Positions 26,613-39,560 of a stretch of DNA of 64,000 nt are shown here, one piece after another. Where the stretch lies: the NCBI GenBank assembly GCA_976551045.1, contig CDPCPM010000026.1:20522001-20586000 (forward strand), read 5' to 3'. Origin of the DNA: Glaucostegus cemiculus. Lineage: Eukaryota. The notes under the pieces were generated by a model. That model did not search any database. It saw only the letters and a list, made by a program, of their open reading frames with translations, and had not been told where the DNA came from. The position numbers and the translations under genes were made by a program. Position 1 is the first letter of the stretch. Every line of letters begins with the position of its first letter.

Positions 26613-26889
26613 TCATAGAATCATAGAACAGTACAGGCCCTTCAGCCCACAAAATTGTGCCAACCTTTAAACCTCACCTAAGACTATCTAACCTCTACCT
26701 TCCCCTATACCTCTTAAATTCCTCCATATGCTTATCTAGCAATCTCTTGAATTTGACCAATGTATCAACCTCCACCACCACCCCAGGCAGTACATTCCAT
26801 GCCCCAACCACACTCTGGGTGAAAAACCTTCCTCTGATATCTCCCTTAAACTTCCTACCCATTACTTTAAAGCCATGCCCTCTTGTGAG
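26613..26889 (-). mobile_element. CR1 3' end insertion
   Basis: catagaatcatagaac tail; ccacactctgggtgaaaaac is the reverse of FFTQSVV. Confidence 0.85.
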
Positions 26890-27879
26890 CTATTCTGAAC
26901 AATAATCTATTGGTGAAGTAGAAAGAATTATTTATTTAACCTACAGCCTTGCAAGTCATTTTTAAAATCTTAGGTAATATTAGTGGTGTGGGGTAAGTAA
27001 AAACAGAAAGTGTTGGAAGTGCTCGGCGCAGACCCCAGGCAGCATTTCATGGGGAGAGAAGATGTTAACTCTATTTCCAAAACATTTTTTAAAAATTTCA
27101 GATATCCAGCAAATTTTAATTTACAGGGTGTGGGATGTCAAGAGGAAAATAAAGAGAAACAAGAGAGGCCAGGCAGCTGAAGTTTTTCTACAGAAAGTGT
27201 AGGTGTAGCAGTCAATACCTGATATCCCTATACCAGATTAAAGCAAAGGGCAGCATTGAAGCAACATGATTCTTTTCTATGCAAGGGCATATTACTTGAA
27301 GGACAAATTGAGACCCATTGTGGCTTTCAACCATCCATTCAGTGGGAATAAAAAGGGCATATTTATGTCAAAACTTCACTCTAGGTGTTGGGCTGCATTA
27401 TGTTTCTCCATAGTACAGGGAAGTAGTATATTGTTAACAATCCACAAAAATACCTACACCACAGCAACATGAAGCAATGATTTGCAGAGCCCTTAAAATG
27501 TGATTAAAGGTAACAAATATACTTTTGGTATGCTGGTGGAATATTTGGAATAATTGTTAACAATGCTTCATTAGTGCATAATACAGCCTACCTTCAAAGG
27601 ACACAGAAAATTTGAACATCATTTGAGTCTGGGTTGAGTCATTTCATCTCTCAATGTTTTTATGAATGCAATTGAAGACACTCCTTGGTTTTTATATGGC
27701 ATCCATTGAAGAAATCAAACAATCATATTTAACATCAGATCTGGAAATGTTGGAGTACAATGTCTTGCTGAGGCAACACATGTACAGAGAACAAATTTGC
27801 AACTATATACTGCCTCTTTCAAACTCAGATTATCCAGAAGTACACTTCACACCCCAAAAAAAATCTGAATTGCAGCCAC

Positions 27880-28170
27880 TTTTGTTTTGCAAGGAAATGC
27901 AAGTCATTTAGCAAATAGCAAGGTTTCAAGTGATGTTGGTTGAAAGATACATATTGCGTAGAACACCAGAATTCCTACTATTTGTCACATAATTTCATGA
28001 GATATTTTATGTTCCATTGGGAGAGCAGCCTTCCAATGTTACATTCAAAGAACCAAATTAGTACAGCTGTCTCTGAGTACTATACTGAGGTACAAAGCCA
28101 GATAGCATCTTAAATTGCTGGCTTACAACTTGAATCCATGACCTTCTGATTCAGGGACCTCAGAGACAAA
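27880..28170 (-). mobile_element. Decayed Deu-SINE
   Basis: Reverse-complement similarity to the 21670-22085 copy. Confidence 0.55.
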
Positions 28171-29585
28171 TGTACTCTAAGGTGAAACTAATAACCCAGC
28201 AAACTGATTATTTTGTTAAATTCAACAAGTCCATGGAATGACAGCACTTTGCCAACTTACTTTATTTCATAATATTATGCTCTCCATAAGGATGAGCAGT
28301 TGTACTAAAACATGGTTATTATAAAAAGTGCATCAAGGTTGTTGTAGAGCAAATAACCTATCACATTGTCTGTTCTCAGGTTATTTCCTACTATGTTCCT
28401 GTAGAGCTGTGAAATCTCAGGGTTTGTTTTCAATGAAAATTGTGGAATGTAGGTGTGTGATGCATTATTTTATACTAGTTACTTTTAGCCTTGCAGAATT
28501 ACCACTACAGCAAGTTTAACTTCTAAATATAGAGTCTATTGTCTCTTCTTGACTAACTATAGACAGCAAGTAACTAAAGGCTGTCTCTTTGGACACGTTA
28601 ACATTGTGTTTTTGTGCTAATTCCCTCTATTATCTCTCAGTAATTTCCCACTTTGGTTCTTAGTTGGCTAGGTACACATAATAAGGATATATATTTAATA
28701 TGTGGCCTTCATTAACCAATCTTTCTCCACTGTCATTAAATACCAATATTAACTCCTTGCAAACCCTAATACTGCACACAATCAATGTTATTCTTCAGTT
28801 AGAGAATTGATACAAACCAAAACAGCACCCGCCAGAGTAGTTTTTATGAGTTTTCATTTAGAATATCCACAATTGGTTTCAGCTAAACCTCAGTTAAAAA
28901 TGTGCAGTGAATTAGCTTCTACCATATTTTTAGCTTCTGTTGCAATAAAGTGAGATTTCCTACTTTCCAGAGCAGCCATTCTCACTGAAATTCTAGAGGA
29001 GATTGCTGTGTTTCTTGTGCAGATCAATTTGAGGAAAGAATTAAAACAGAAATAACTAAAGACTCTCTTCACCAAAGCCCCTACCTCATTCATTAGTCTG
29101 GGTTGACTACAAAGTCAAAATGTCAAATAGAGCCAACATTTGTGTCAGTCTTTAATTTTATTCATTCACTAAATGTACCACAAGAATACAATGGGAGTAG
29201 GAGTAGCTATCAAGCCCTTCATGCCTGTCCCACTATTTAATGTGTCTATGGCTGATCAATGCTGGCCTCAACTCCTCTGTGCCATTTCTCTATACCCCTC
29301 CTTTCCTTGATCAATCAAATGTGTATCCACCTCCACTTAAATAATTCTTATTCCATACTTCAACTATGTAGACATACATAGCCTGCACTTGTTTTTGGCT
29401 AGAAATATGAACAGTTTGGTACGATCTCACCTCAGTACCTGAAGTCAAATAGAAATGAAAAGACCTAGAATAACATTATTAGTAAAGTAATATTTATAAT
29501 GTTTCAAGCTTTTAAACATGTACATTGTACAGATACAGAAAACTGCCCCATGCAAACACATCAATGGCTGGAATATTTTGGCCCT

Positions 29586-29591
29586 TTTATT
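29586..29591 (-). terminator. Candidate PSMD7 polyadenylation signal AATAAA
   Basis: tttatt on + strand, ~90 nt after the PSMD7 stop; a further hexamer at ~29157-29162. Confidence 0.5.
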
Positions 29592-29678
29592 GCAGAAAGC
29601 CGAAGTATTAACATTCCCACTCGATACCAAGTATTGCTGAAGTTCTGGTTTTCTTTTAAAAAAAAAGCACGGCACAAT

Positions 29679-30134
<456 letters not shown>

Positions 30135-30439
30135 CTATTTTAGAGTCTGTTTTTGGCAATTCATAACAGGAGACAAATCACAAGTTTTATTCACTAAAAG
30201 TACATCTGCACAGAGCTTATTACAAAGTTGTTCTTTGACTGACTGAGGACTAATTTTTTTGTATTAAATATCCTCAGCAAACCACTATTAAATATTCCTC
30301 TCGCTGCAATTACTGAAATCAAAATATATTGAGCCTATTCTGTCAAACAGTTAGCTGCATATCAAATTATACCCAGAAAAGTTACCAGCAATCCAAGTTG
30401 CACATTGATTTACGTTCCAAGAACAAAGGTTAATTTACT

Positions 30440-30900
30440 ATCCACTGGGAAGTCATTATAGAACTATGCAAACGGTTCTGGTCACATCACAGGAAGGATG
30501 TAATAGCATCAGAGAAATATGCAAAAAGATTACTCTGACCTTGGGAGGGTTAGATAATTTTAGCTGGGTGGAGAAATTAGCCAAACTTGGGTTACTTTCT
30601 TTGGGCCAAAAGATATGGTAGGCAAATTTAATGAAGTGGATAAAATGTGAGGGTCTGTGTCAGTGTTTGGCCCTTAGGAAAGAGGTCATTGATTAAAGAT
30701 AGTGGGTTGAACAATAGGAGTGTGCTGAGAAAAAGTAGTGTGGTCAAGAAATTATTGCCCAAAAAGCGCGACCTTCATTACATTTAAAAAGTACTTGATG
30801 TGTCATAGCCTACAGCTGCACCAATCAAGAGCTAGGACACAAAATGGCATGAACACAGTCCAAATGGCCCTCCTCTGTGCCTTGTATTTCTATGAATGGA
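30440..30900 (+). mobile_element. Decayed CR1 3' end in PSMD7 intron 6
   Basis: ttctggtcacatcacaggaaggatgtaatagc; tail ccaaatggccctcctctgtgc. Confidence 0.65.
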
Positions 30901-30965
30901 AAACAACAGAAAGATCCCATAATTTTGCCCAACAGCAAGAGAGTTGCTCAGATGTTGTCAACTTA

Positions 30966-31100
<135 letters not shown>

Positions 31101-31405
31101 TCATTAGTTCTCATTTGTTGTGTTGGGACTGGGGAGGTTTTAGGTGAGCACACTTAATGTCCTTATTTTCCTTTTTAAAAATTTCCGTTCTTGTTTTTAA
31201 AATCCAAATTCTTGATATGGTGCATGTGCCAGCATCCATTAGGAGTCCCACACAAAAAACATACTGTTTACATGTTAGCCTAAGTGATCTGGCCTCCACT
31301 TCTCTCTGGGATACAAACACCACAGGCTCATTGTCCTCAGAGTGAAGAAATTAAAGTTTATTTGTCATTGGAATGGATTTTGAAATCAATTGAAGAAAAT
31401 TTTCA

Positions 31406-31630
<225 letters not shown>

Positions 31631-31944
31631 CTAGATGCTCTGAAAGTTATTTACAGTCCAATAAAATGAATAGCATTTTATTTTTCCTTTAACAATATGA
31701 ATCAGCCACATTGGAAATGACTAAAATTATAATGTTAACTGCCTAGTCTACAACTATGTTTCACGTTATTTACAAGCATTAGAAAATAGATCTCAAAAAT
31801 GAAACATGGGGAAAAGTTTTTTTTAAACATTTTTCTTTTCAGTCTACCTTAATTTCAGTCAGATTAAGGTAAAACTATTTGCAGTACTGTGCTAGAACTC
31901 AAACAGCATTTTTGGTAAACAATCTTTTCAATTTGTTTCCATCC

Positions 31945-32275
31945 TGCCAATGGCACAGAAAGAGGCCATATAGTTTTATTAGTTCCAGGCCCATTTCAAT
32001 TGAACAATTTAAGTCTCATTTGCCCTATAGCCCAGAATTATTCTCTCTCATGCTCCCATCAACTCCCCTTTGATTCTTTTGCCAATTATCCACATTAAGA
32101 GGGTGATTTACTCTTGCCAATTAAACTAACTTCAAGTCTTTGGGATATGTGAGGAAACTTGAACCTTCAGGGAAAGTCCATGTGGTTACAGGGAGAATGT
32201 ACAAACTCTACACAGACAGCAACCAAGGTAAGGATTGAATCAGGCTCCTGGACTAACTCTGTGCCACTGTGTTGC
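31945..32275 (-). mobile_element. V-SINE
   Basis: tgggatatgtgaggaaac...cagggagaatgtacaaactctacacagacagc...ggattgaatc (reverse V domain and box B). Confidence 0.8.
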
Positions 32276-32573
32276 CTCTGTTTTGTGTTCCAGGCAGGTT
32301 ACCAATCCATTTTAATTTCATGTCCACTTAAACAAAAATGCACAGCCACACTTTTACTTTGATCCATAAATTTTTTGGGCACATTCTTCAATACTTGTAT
32401 TTTAAGGGTATAAATGCTTGATAAACTTAAAACAACTAAAGAACAATTAATCTGTGGATGTACCACAAGATTATTTATCTGACTGAACACACAGATGTAG
32501 AAAATGCAGATGAAATGTTGCAGAGCAAATGATTTTCTTTTAAACTGAAATGTCATACAATCACATCCAGGTA

Positions 32574-32611
32574 TGCGCGCGCACGCGCACACACACACAC
32601 ACACACACACA
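32574..32611. repeat. (GC)n/(CA)n microsatellite
   Basis: tgcgcgcgcacgcgcacacacacacacacacacaca. Confidence 0.95.
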
Positions 32612-32932
32612 GAATTTGTGCAATGAAGTTTGGAACACTGCAGGACTGAGCTATTCAATAGGAAAAAATTAAATCACCACACAAAATATATGGATTACAA
32701 TAAATCCCAAATAAGAATGCTCAGTTAAAAGCCATTGTTACCAATTAAGAGATTTTGTTTTGGCAAAAGAAAAGCAACAAGGCTACAAATTTGTAGTGAA
32801 TGTATTGAACCAACTGGTTAAATCACTAAGTTTTACAATGAAACAATTTAGAATGCCATTATACTTAATGGTAAATTACATTATTTTGTAATGCATATTA
32901 AATACTAAAGTTATTTAAAGACGGAAAATCTA

Positions 32933-33085
<153 letters not shown>

Positions 33086-33664
33086 TTAAAAGGACAGTCA
33101 TTACACTCATCATATTGATTAAACCTCACTGGAAATGAGAATACATTAACAATCTATTTCTTTTAAAAGGAACATGAAGCATGACTGATAATATTTGTGC
33201 AAATTAAGCAACAAGATTTATGAATCTTGTAACAAGACATTCAGTAGGCAAGAATGTTTAGGATAAATCTAACTGATTATTAATTTTCTAAGCCAAGTAA
33301 ATACAGGTTTGAAGCAGATTTTACTGATATCTATTTAGAAGTTATTTTTCCCTCCAAATTTGATACCCAGGTTCCAGAAAACCACCTTGCTCTTTGCTAC
33401 TCAGTTTGTTCTTTGTCAAAACATACAAATTGCTCCACATTCCAATGTCACTTACCCCAAGGGAAAAAGTTTTTAAAGTGCTAAGAGAGGAGAAAGTGAC
33501 AAACTTGATTTCAGGGAAAATCCCTGTACAATTTGTATACTATACATCAATATGCAAAGTCACTCTGCCTGAATAATACTGTTTTTAGTGCAAACTGTAA
33601 AACTAAAGAGGTTCAGAGCATGCACAATTTAAGACTTCTCTTCCATTTAAGTCAAGCATCTTAC

Positions 33665-33757
33665 CATTTACTTTCTTAAACATCCCATACATATTCTCCA
33701 AATAATCATGATCCAGAAACCACACTGTATCATCTTTTTCATCTTCATCAAATGGAA
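33665..33757 (-). CDS. PSMD7: PSMD7 exon 3 ([30 protein letters not shown])
   Basis: tcttag acceptor, g|gtaaga donor, 93 bp. Confidence 0.97.
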
Positions 33758-34321
33758 CTAAGATGGAAAGAAGAATAAAGATGTTCTGACAAAGACTAAG
33801 AGATACTGTCTAACACTGCTGGTTGTCTCATTTATGGATTTCCTTCCCAAATTAACAAGAGTGCGTTGAAAAGATAGCCATACTTTACTCTCATAACTCA
33901 AAGTAACAACATGCAAATAACTTAAAATGTGCATTATTGCTCGTTATCAAAGTTTATTAAAGTTGCTTTTGTTCAAAGTGTAATGACTGGCTCATAAGGG
34001 CATTGGTCAGAATAACCTTTAAACAAATATAAAATAATTTAAAAAATCAACATGAATTACTAATTGTGGATGTGTTTCAAACCATACAAGCAGCTGAGGA
34101 ACAGATACAATCCATGTCATCTATTGTTCAAAGTTTGGGGTTAAATTTGTATTCAATAGAAAAATCCATTGCTTTGATTTAGGAACTGCACTGCTGGCAT
34201 TAAAATTCAAACAGAACAATGTCAATTTAGTCCCAAGTGGGGTGTGACAGATCATTCATTGTTGCAAGTAATTTACATTGAATAATGGATGATTGTTAAT
34301 CTGTAATAATACCATTCATCA

Positions 34322-34447
<126 letters not shown>

Positions 34448-34964
34448 TTAACATAATGAATAGTTTAACAATTATAACCTTAAATGATTCCTCCAAAACA
34501 TGCCACAAATAAAATAAAAATTTCTGAATGCCATGTCTTAAAGAAAGCTCTTAAAAATTCCTTTTTTAAGCATCAACATTCCTTATTTCCTACATTATGG
34601 CAAAAAGTATAGTTTTTAGCACTTGGTTAATACTTTCCTGAAAAACAATGGCAGTTAGGAATTAAAATGCAAGACTTTCATGCTTGGGAAATCAGGTTTG
34701 TTAATGCTTTCATTTAGCTTTGTAAATTACTATCAAGTATAACTGGATAATATATGAAAAAATCAAAACACTTATTTTCAAGTCATTTTGAACATTACTG
34801 CATTTGCTCTGATTTATGAAATGAGATGGGGCAAGATATTTTTCTTGAAAATGTTTTGTATTTTAAGCATATTCAACATTTATCAAAAAAATCTTGTCCT
34901 TCATTGCTTATGTAAAAGCAGCATACTGAGTTACTTAGCCTCACATACACTTCCGCAGTACACC

Positions 34965-35270
34965 TCAGCTTAGCCAACTTGGTTAGCACTCTAGCCTCCA
35001 AGTCAGAAGGTCACAGGTCCCAGTTCCACTTAAGAACTGCAGTACCTATATTCAATAATGCAGAATTTATCCTGAAGGGTTATCTTTTCAGACAAGATAC
35101 AATATTAAAGCACAGAATGAATGTTCAGATGGATTTTTTTTTAAAAAGCCGCTCAGCATTATTGAAAGAGTAAGGAATTCTCCTGGCGAACATGCATCCA
35201 TCAATTTGTGCAATCTAAAATAATTTGTTAGTAAATCATTTCATATAGCGTGACCTGCTGTGCATAGATT
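34965..35270 (+). mobile_element. Deu-SINE with tRNA-like head
   Basis: ttggttagcactctagcctccaagtcagaaggtcacaggtcc...ttcagatggat...gagtaaggaattctcctggc. Confidence 0.6.
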
Positions 35271-36149
35271 GATTTTTCACCCAAGCTCTGGGTTGGGCTC
35301 ACATCTCAAGAGGACTTAATACACAACAACATATCAAGTGTGTGTGATTTATGTTATGACATAAGGCAAGACAAGAATTTTTTTTAAACCCATTCCAGCT
35401 TGTCTCATAGATAACGTGGTTAATGTCTAAGATTACCAGTGCAGCGTGTGGAAATAAAAAGGAGATTACCCCTTATGGAATCTGACGACTTGCCCATCTG
35501 CTATTTCTAAAGGAGCCAGAAATCAGGTGGTTTCTATCACCAGTGGGTATTCCTTCTTGCTGGATTTACTTTTCAGAGGTTTACTACATGATATCTAATG
35601 CCCATGTGGGACAATTGAAGGCTAACACCAACTGCTTAAAAAATGTGTACAGATTTAAGACAATGATAAGTAACAACTATTATCTCCAATTCAAAACCTT
35701 TGAACAAAATTAAACACACTTTGCAACAGTCAGAACTTACAGTCTTTATGATCAGGTGTATGTTTTGTAAGGTTAATAGAGTCAATACTCATTAATAACA
35801 CCGGCTTAAATTAAAGCTACCTTGTCTCTCTCATGATTTACTCAACTCATATTTTCATTACACCAATGGAAACGCATAAAGGATAGTGAAAGTCAAGTTT
35901 GTACCAGTTGATCCAGAGCAATTTTGTTCATTTTTTAACAAAATGTTGCTAATCCACTGTAAGGTATCACTAGCTTTTGCTTGAAAGCCAACAGTTCTGT
36001 GTTGAACTGCTATCTTTAACCTGTGTAATTGAGGAAACTCATACCCGGTTGATGACCATACTTGAGATAACTGTGGAGTCCTTATGAATTCTAGCAGAGA
36101 AGTCCTGTTTCCCAGCATTTCGACTGGAAACTCTGCCTTCTGAACTTGT

Positions 36150-36275
36150 CTCAGGTAAATCTATCAATAAGATAGAAGGCTATGGGTAAGCCTAATAGTG
36201 TGGGGACATGTTTGGCACAGCTTTGTGGGCCGAAGGGCCTGAATTGTGCTGTAGGTGTCTATGTTCTATGTTCTA
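36150..36275 (+). mobile_element. Short CR1 3' end
   Basis: gtgggccgaagggcctgaattgtgctgtaggtgtctatgttctatgttcta. Confidence 0.8.
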
Positions 36276-37419
36276 AGTCTAGCAGGCCATTTGGTTGCAA
36301 GTGGAAGAAACAGATGAGAACAAAGTGCAAGGACATTTTTTTAATCTGAACTAAATGTTAAATATGTCCTAATTTTTAAAATTTTCCTAATTCTTAATAA
36401 AATGCTACAAATGATGAATCTTTTCCCATTTTGGCCAGTGGTGTTGGACTCTCCATTTGGGCAATGGTAATAATAACAGGTTCTATAATAAAACCCAATT
36501 TCAAAGTTTGCTTTCATTTTAATAAGAGGGTAGTAAATCCAAAAGAAAGCCAAATTCTAATATGTTTACATTGTACCTTCAAGTAATCTTGAATGATTTA
36601 ACATATGGTATAATGACTGGAGGCAAATACATTTGTACAGTCATCTGGTTCATTAATTTGAATATTAAGCAAATTACAGTTGCCTAGGATGAAACAGGCA
36701 TTTAGCCTGGTGCTCACAACTGGCTTTAAATCTACCTAGATATGTCATCACTTTGAATATTTTGTATTATTAAAACCTCAAAATTTTGTGCTTATTTAAA
36801 AAATGGAGAGAAAAATACTCAGCTTCATAAACACTGACAAAAACAAAGGCATTCAATAGCATACAGGCAAGATAAATGAAGGCATAATCCTATGGTGCTC
36901 AATTTCAGATTCTCACAATGCACAATTATTCAATCAATCAGTTAATCACATAGAATTTACAGTACAGAAAGAGACCATTCAGTCCAAGTTGTCCATGTCT
37001 CTATTTATCCAGTCACGTCTCCATGTTCCTTTTAATTTCTTCTCACTCATTTACCTATTTTGTTAACCTGAACTGCATCCTGCCATCTGACCCAACTGGT
37101 TAATGCAGAACTTAAGTTTAAAATTAGATCTTAAAATTAGAATAATAGATCTTGAACAGCTTGGTTAACATTCAGAATTAACTATCTAATCATCTCTAGC
37201 CATCCACGAGTGGCATGGATACATACTAGATGTATGTATTCAACAAAATGGAAATGAGGTTGGGGGCAGAGTCCGGAACAAAAGGACATAAGAAAATTTG
37301 AGCTAAGTCATTCATCAGTACTAGTAATGCCAGTAAGTACTTCTCCATACAACAGGTAGCGGAAACGTGGAGCCGTTCACCTCAAATGTCTGGAAGTTAG
37401 AGTCTGGAAGAAATTCCTG

Positions 37420-38255
37420 TCACATCGCATTGCCCACTGAACCTATTAATAAGGACGTTGTCACAGAATATCGAAAAATTTAACAGAGTCAACATGCTTT
37501 TATAAAAGGAAAATTGAGTTTAACAAATTTATTATAGTTTCTTGAGAACATAACGCAGGCTGGATAAAGGGAAATTGGTAGACGTAACATATCAATTTCA
37601 AAAATGGTATTCAATAAATTGGCACATAAATACTTCATGCATAATAGGGCATAAATTAGCAGGCAGTGAAAACTGGTTAATTAAAAAAAGTTTTTTTAAT
37701 AATTGCACGGTGTATTAGTGAGACCGCATCTGGATTTCTACACCGAGTTTTGGTCTTAAATTCAGAGGGGTTATATTTACACTGGAGGCATTTTCACGAA
37801 GGTTTACTAGGCTGATGCCTGGGAATGAAGGGATGTCTTATGAGAAGAGATAGGGCATATACTGGTTGGAAACTTAGAAGAGCATTAGGCAATTTTATTG
37901 AAACATATAAAATTGAGAGGGTTTGACAGTAAATGCTAGGAGAATATTTCCTATCATGAGAAAATCTTGAAATAGGGGGAGAAAAGCAGATTCAGAATAA
38001 GGAGTTGCCCATTTAAGATGGTGATGAGGAGGAAAATCTTCTCTAAGAGGGTTATGAATTCTGTACCCAGTGAGGCTTGGAAATAGAATCATTAAATATA
38101 TCCAAGTCTACAATAGGTAGATTTGTAGATGCAGTGTGTAAGGGCATCATGAGCTACAGGGAAGTGCTGAAGAAACCAAAATTAGATCAACTATAATATT
38201 ATTGAATGGTGGCACAGGCTCAAGGACCTATATGGCCTACTCCTGCTCCTCTTAG
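37420..38255 (+). mobile_element. Decayed CR1 (RT fragment + 3' end) in PSMD7 intron 1
   Basis: SQHAFIKGK..LTNLL and LVRPHL..RFTRLMPG remnants; tail atggcctactcctgctcct. Confidence 0.8.
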
Positions 38256-38789
38256 GATCATTGATAATGCTGATCCCCATATATATTAAGTGCATAGACC
38301 TCATTTTTGGCTCTTTCTGAAAAGGTGCACAAGTACACCATTTACAATGTAATCTGATGTCTTGGAGGAATTACACAAAAAATATTTTTTGTTAAAAAAA
38401 TGACAATCTAAGGTTTCCTTTCCAAATTGAGAAGGAAAACCACTTTAACAACAGTCACCCACGAAACAAAATGAGATTTCATAAATTCATATAAATTTTT
38501 GAGAAGGATGCTAGCGACACGAAATAATTCTAACGACAACTACTACGTACAGCATTTCTAATTTTCCATCTTTCATTGAAGTATCAATGTCAGTAAGTGT
38601 ATAAAGTGTGTATTAGACAACAATGTCCGTAAACTGTACTGTGGCAGATCCACATTTTAAAAAAAGGAAAACGTAGACCTTACAACCGTTGACCAGGAAA
38701 ACAATGTTTTTCTCTCGTTAAGCATTAGCAACTGGATCATGAACCGGCCTCGAAGTAAAAGGACTTCAGCCAAATTGCAAATACTGAAA

Positions 38790-39560
38790 CCTGACCAGCG
38801 GTACCAGATGCAGTGCCCGTCTGGTTCCCCGTGATAACACAGCGGGGAAGGGAAGCTTGAACTGCGAGGTATGGACGTGGGGCCGGTGCGGCGCCGGCGC
38901 TGCCGATGTGACTCAGCAGGTCAGGCCGGGCCCCACAGCCGCTCAAAGGGAGCAACCGCCGCCGCACGGCCCAGCACGCCCTCCGCCCCGGCCTTTTACC
39001 TGTTGAAATGATCCACCACGCTCAGCAGCACCAGTGGGTGGACGACCACCTTCTCCACCACGGAATCCGGCATCGTATCCCACTCGCTCTCCGACTGAAC
39101 GCCACGGGAAGGGAACAGGGGCGAGGAAACACACACACACCGGAAACAGGCCGGGCGGCCGCGGCCCCGTTTCCGGCGCTGCCCCAGCAACCATTGCGGC
39201 GGGCGGCATGGCGGCCGTGCGGCGGGGCGGAGGCGAGATGTGATGGTGTGTGAGCGGAATCCGGTGGGTCTCACTGGGCTGCTTGTTCCCCGAGGCTGTG
39301 GGATAATAGTGGCGCTGTCGAGCCCTGGTTGCTGCCAGTGTTTGGTGTTTTTGGTTCATTACTCGGGATCTGGGTATCGGTAGCCAGGCCAGCCTTTACT
39401 TCCCATCGCCGGTTGCCCTGGAGGAGGTCCCGGTGAACGGCCGCCTTCGTCTGTTGTGGTCCTTCTGTGGAGGGCACTCCTACAGCACTATCGAGGAGGG
39501 AGTTCCGAGGCTTAGACCCAGTGGCAATGAAGGGACCGAGTCAGGAGGGGAACTTGGAAG
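38790..39560. promoter_or_regulatory. CpG island; probable bidirectional promoter of PSMD7 and DHX38
   Basis: Only GC/CpG-rich tract in the window. ETS-like CCGGAA sites (~39140, ~39170), YY1-like CATGGCGGC (39207-39215), GC box GGGGCGG (39224-39230), ZNF143-like ACTATTATCCCACAGCC on the - strand (~39294-39310). Confidence 0.8.
39000..39073 (-). CDS. PSMD7: PSMD7 exon 1 coding part (MPDSVVEKVVVHPLVLLSVVDHFNR)
   Basis: ATG at 39073-39071, ag|gtaaaa donor, 74 bp; Rpn8 N-terminal VHPLVLLSVVDH motif. Confidence 0.97.
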
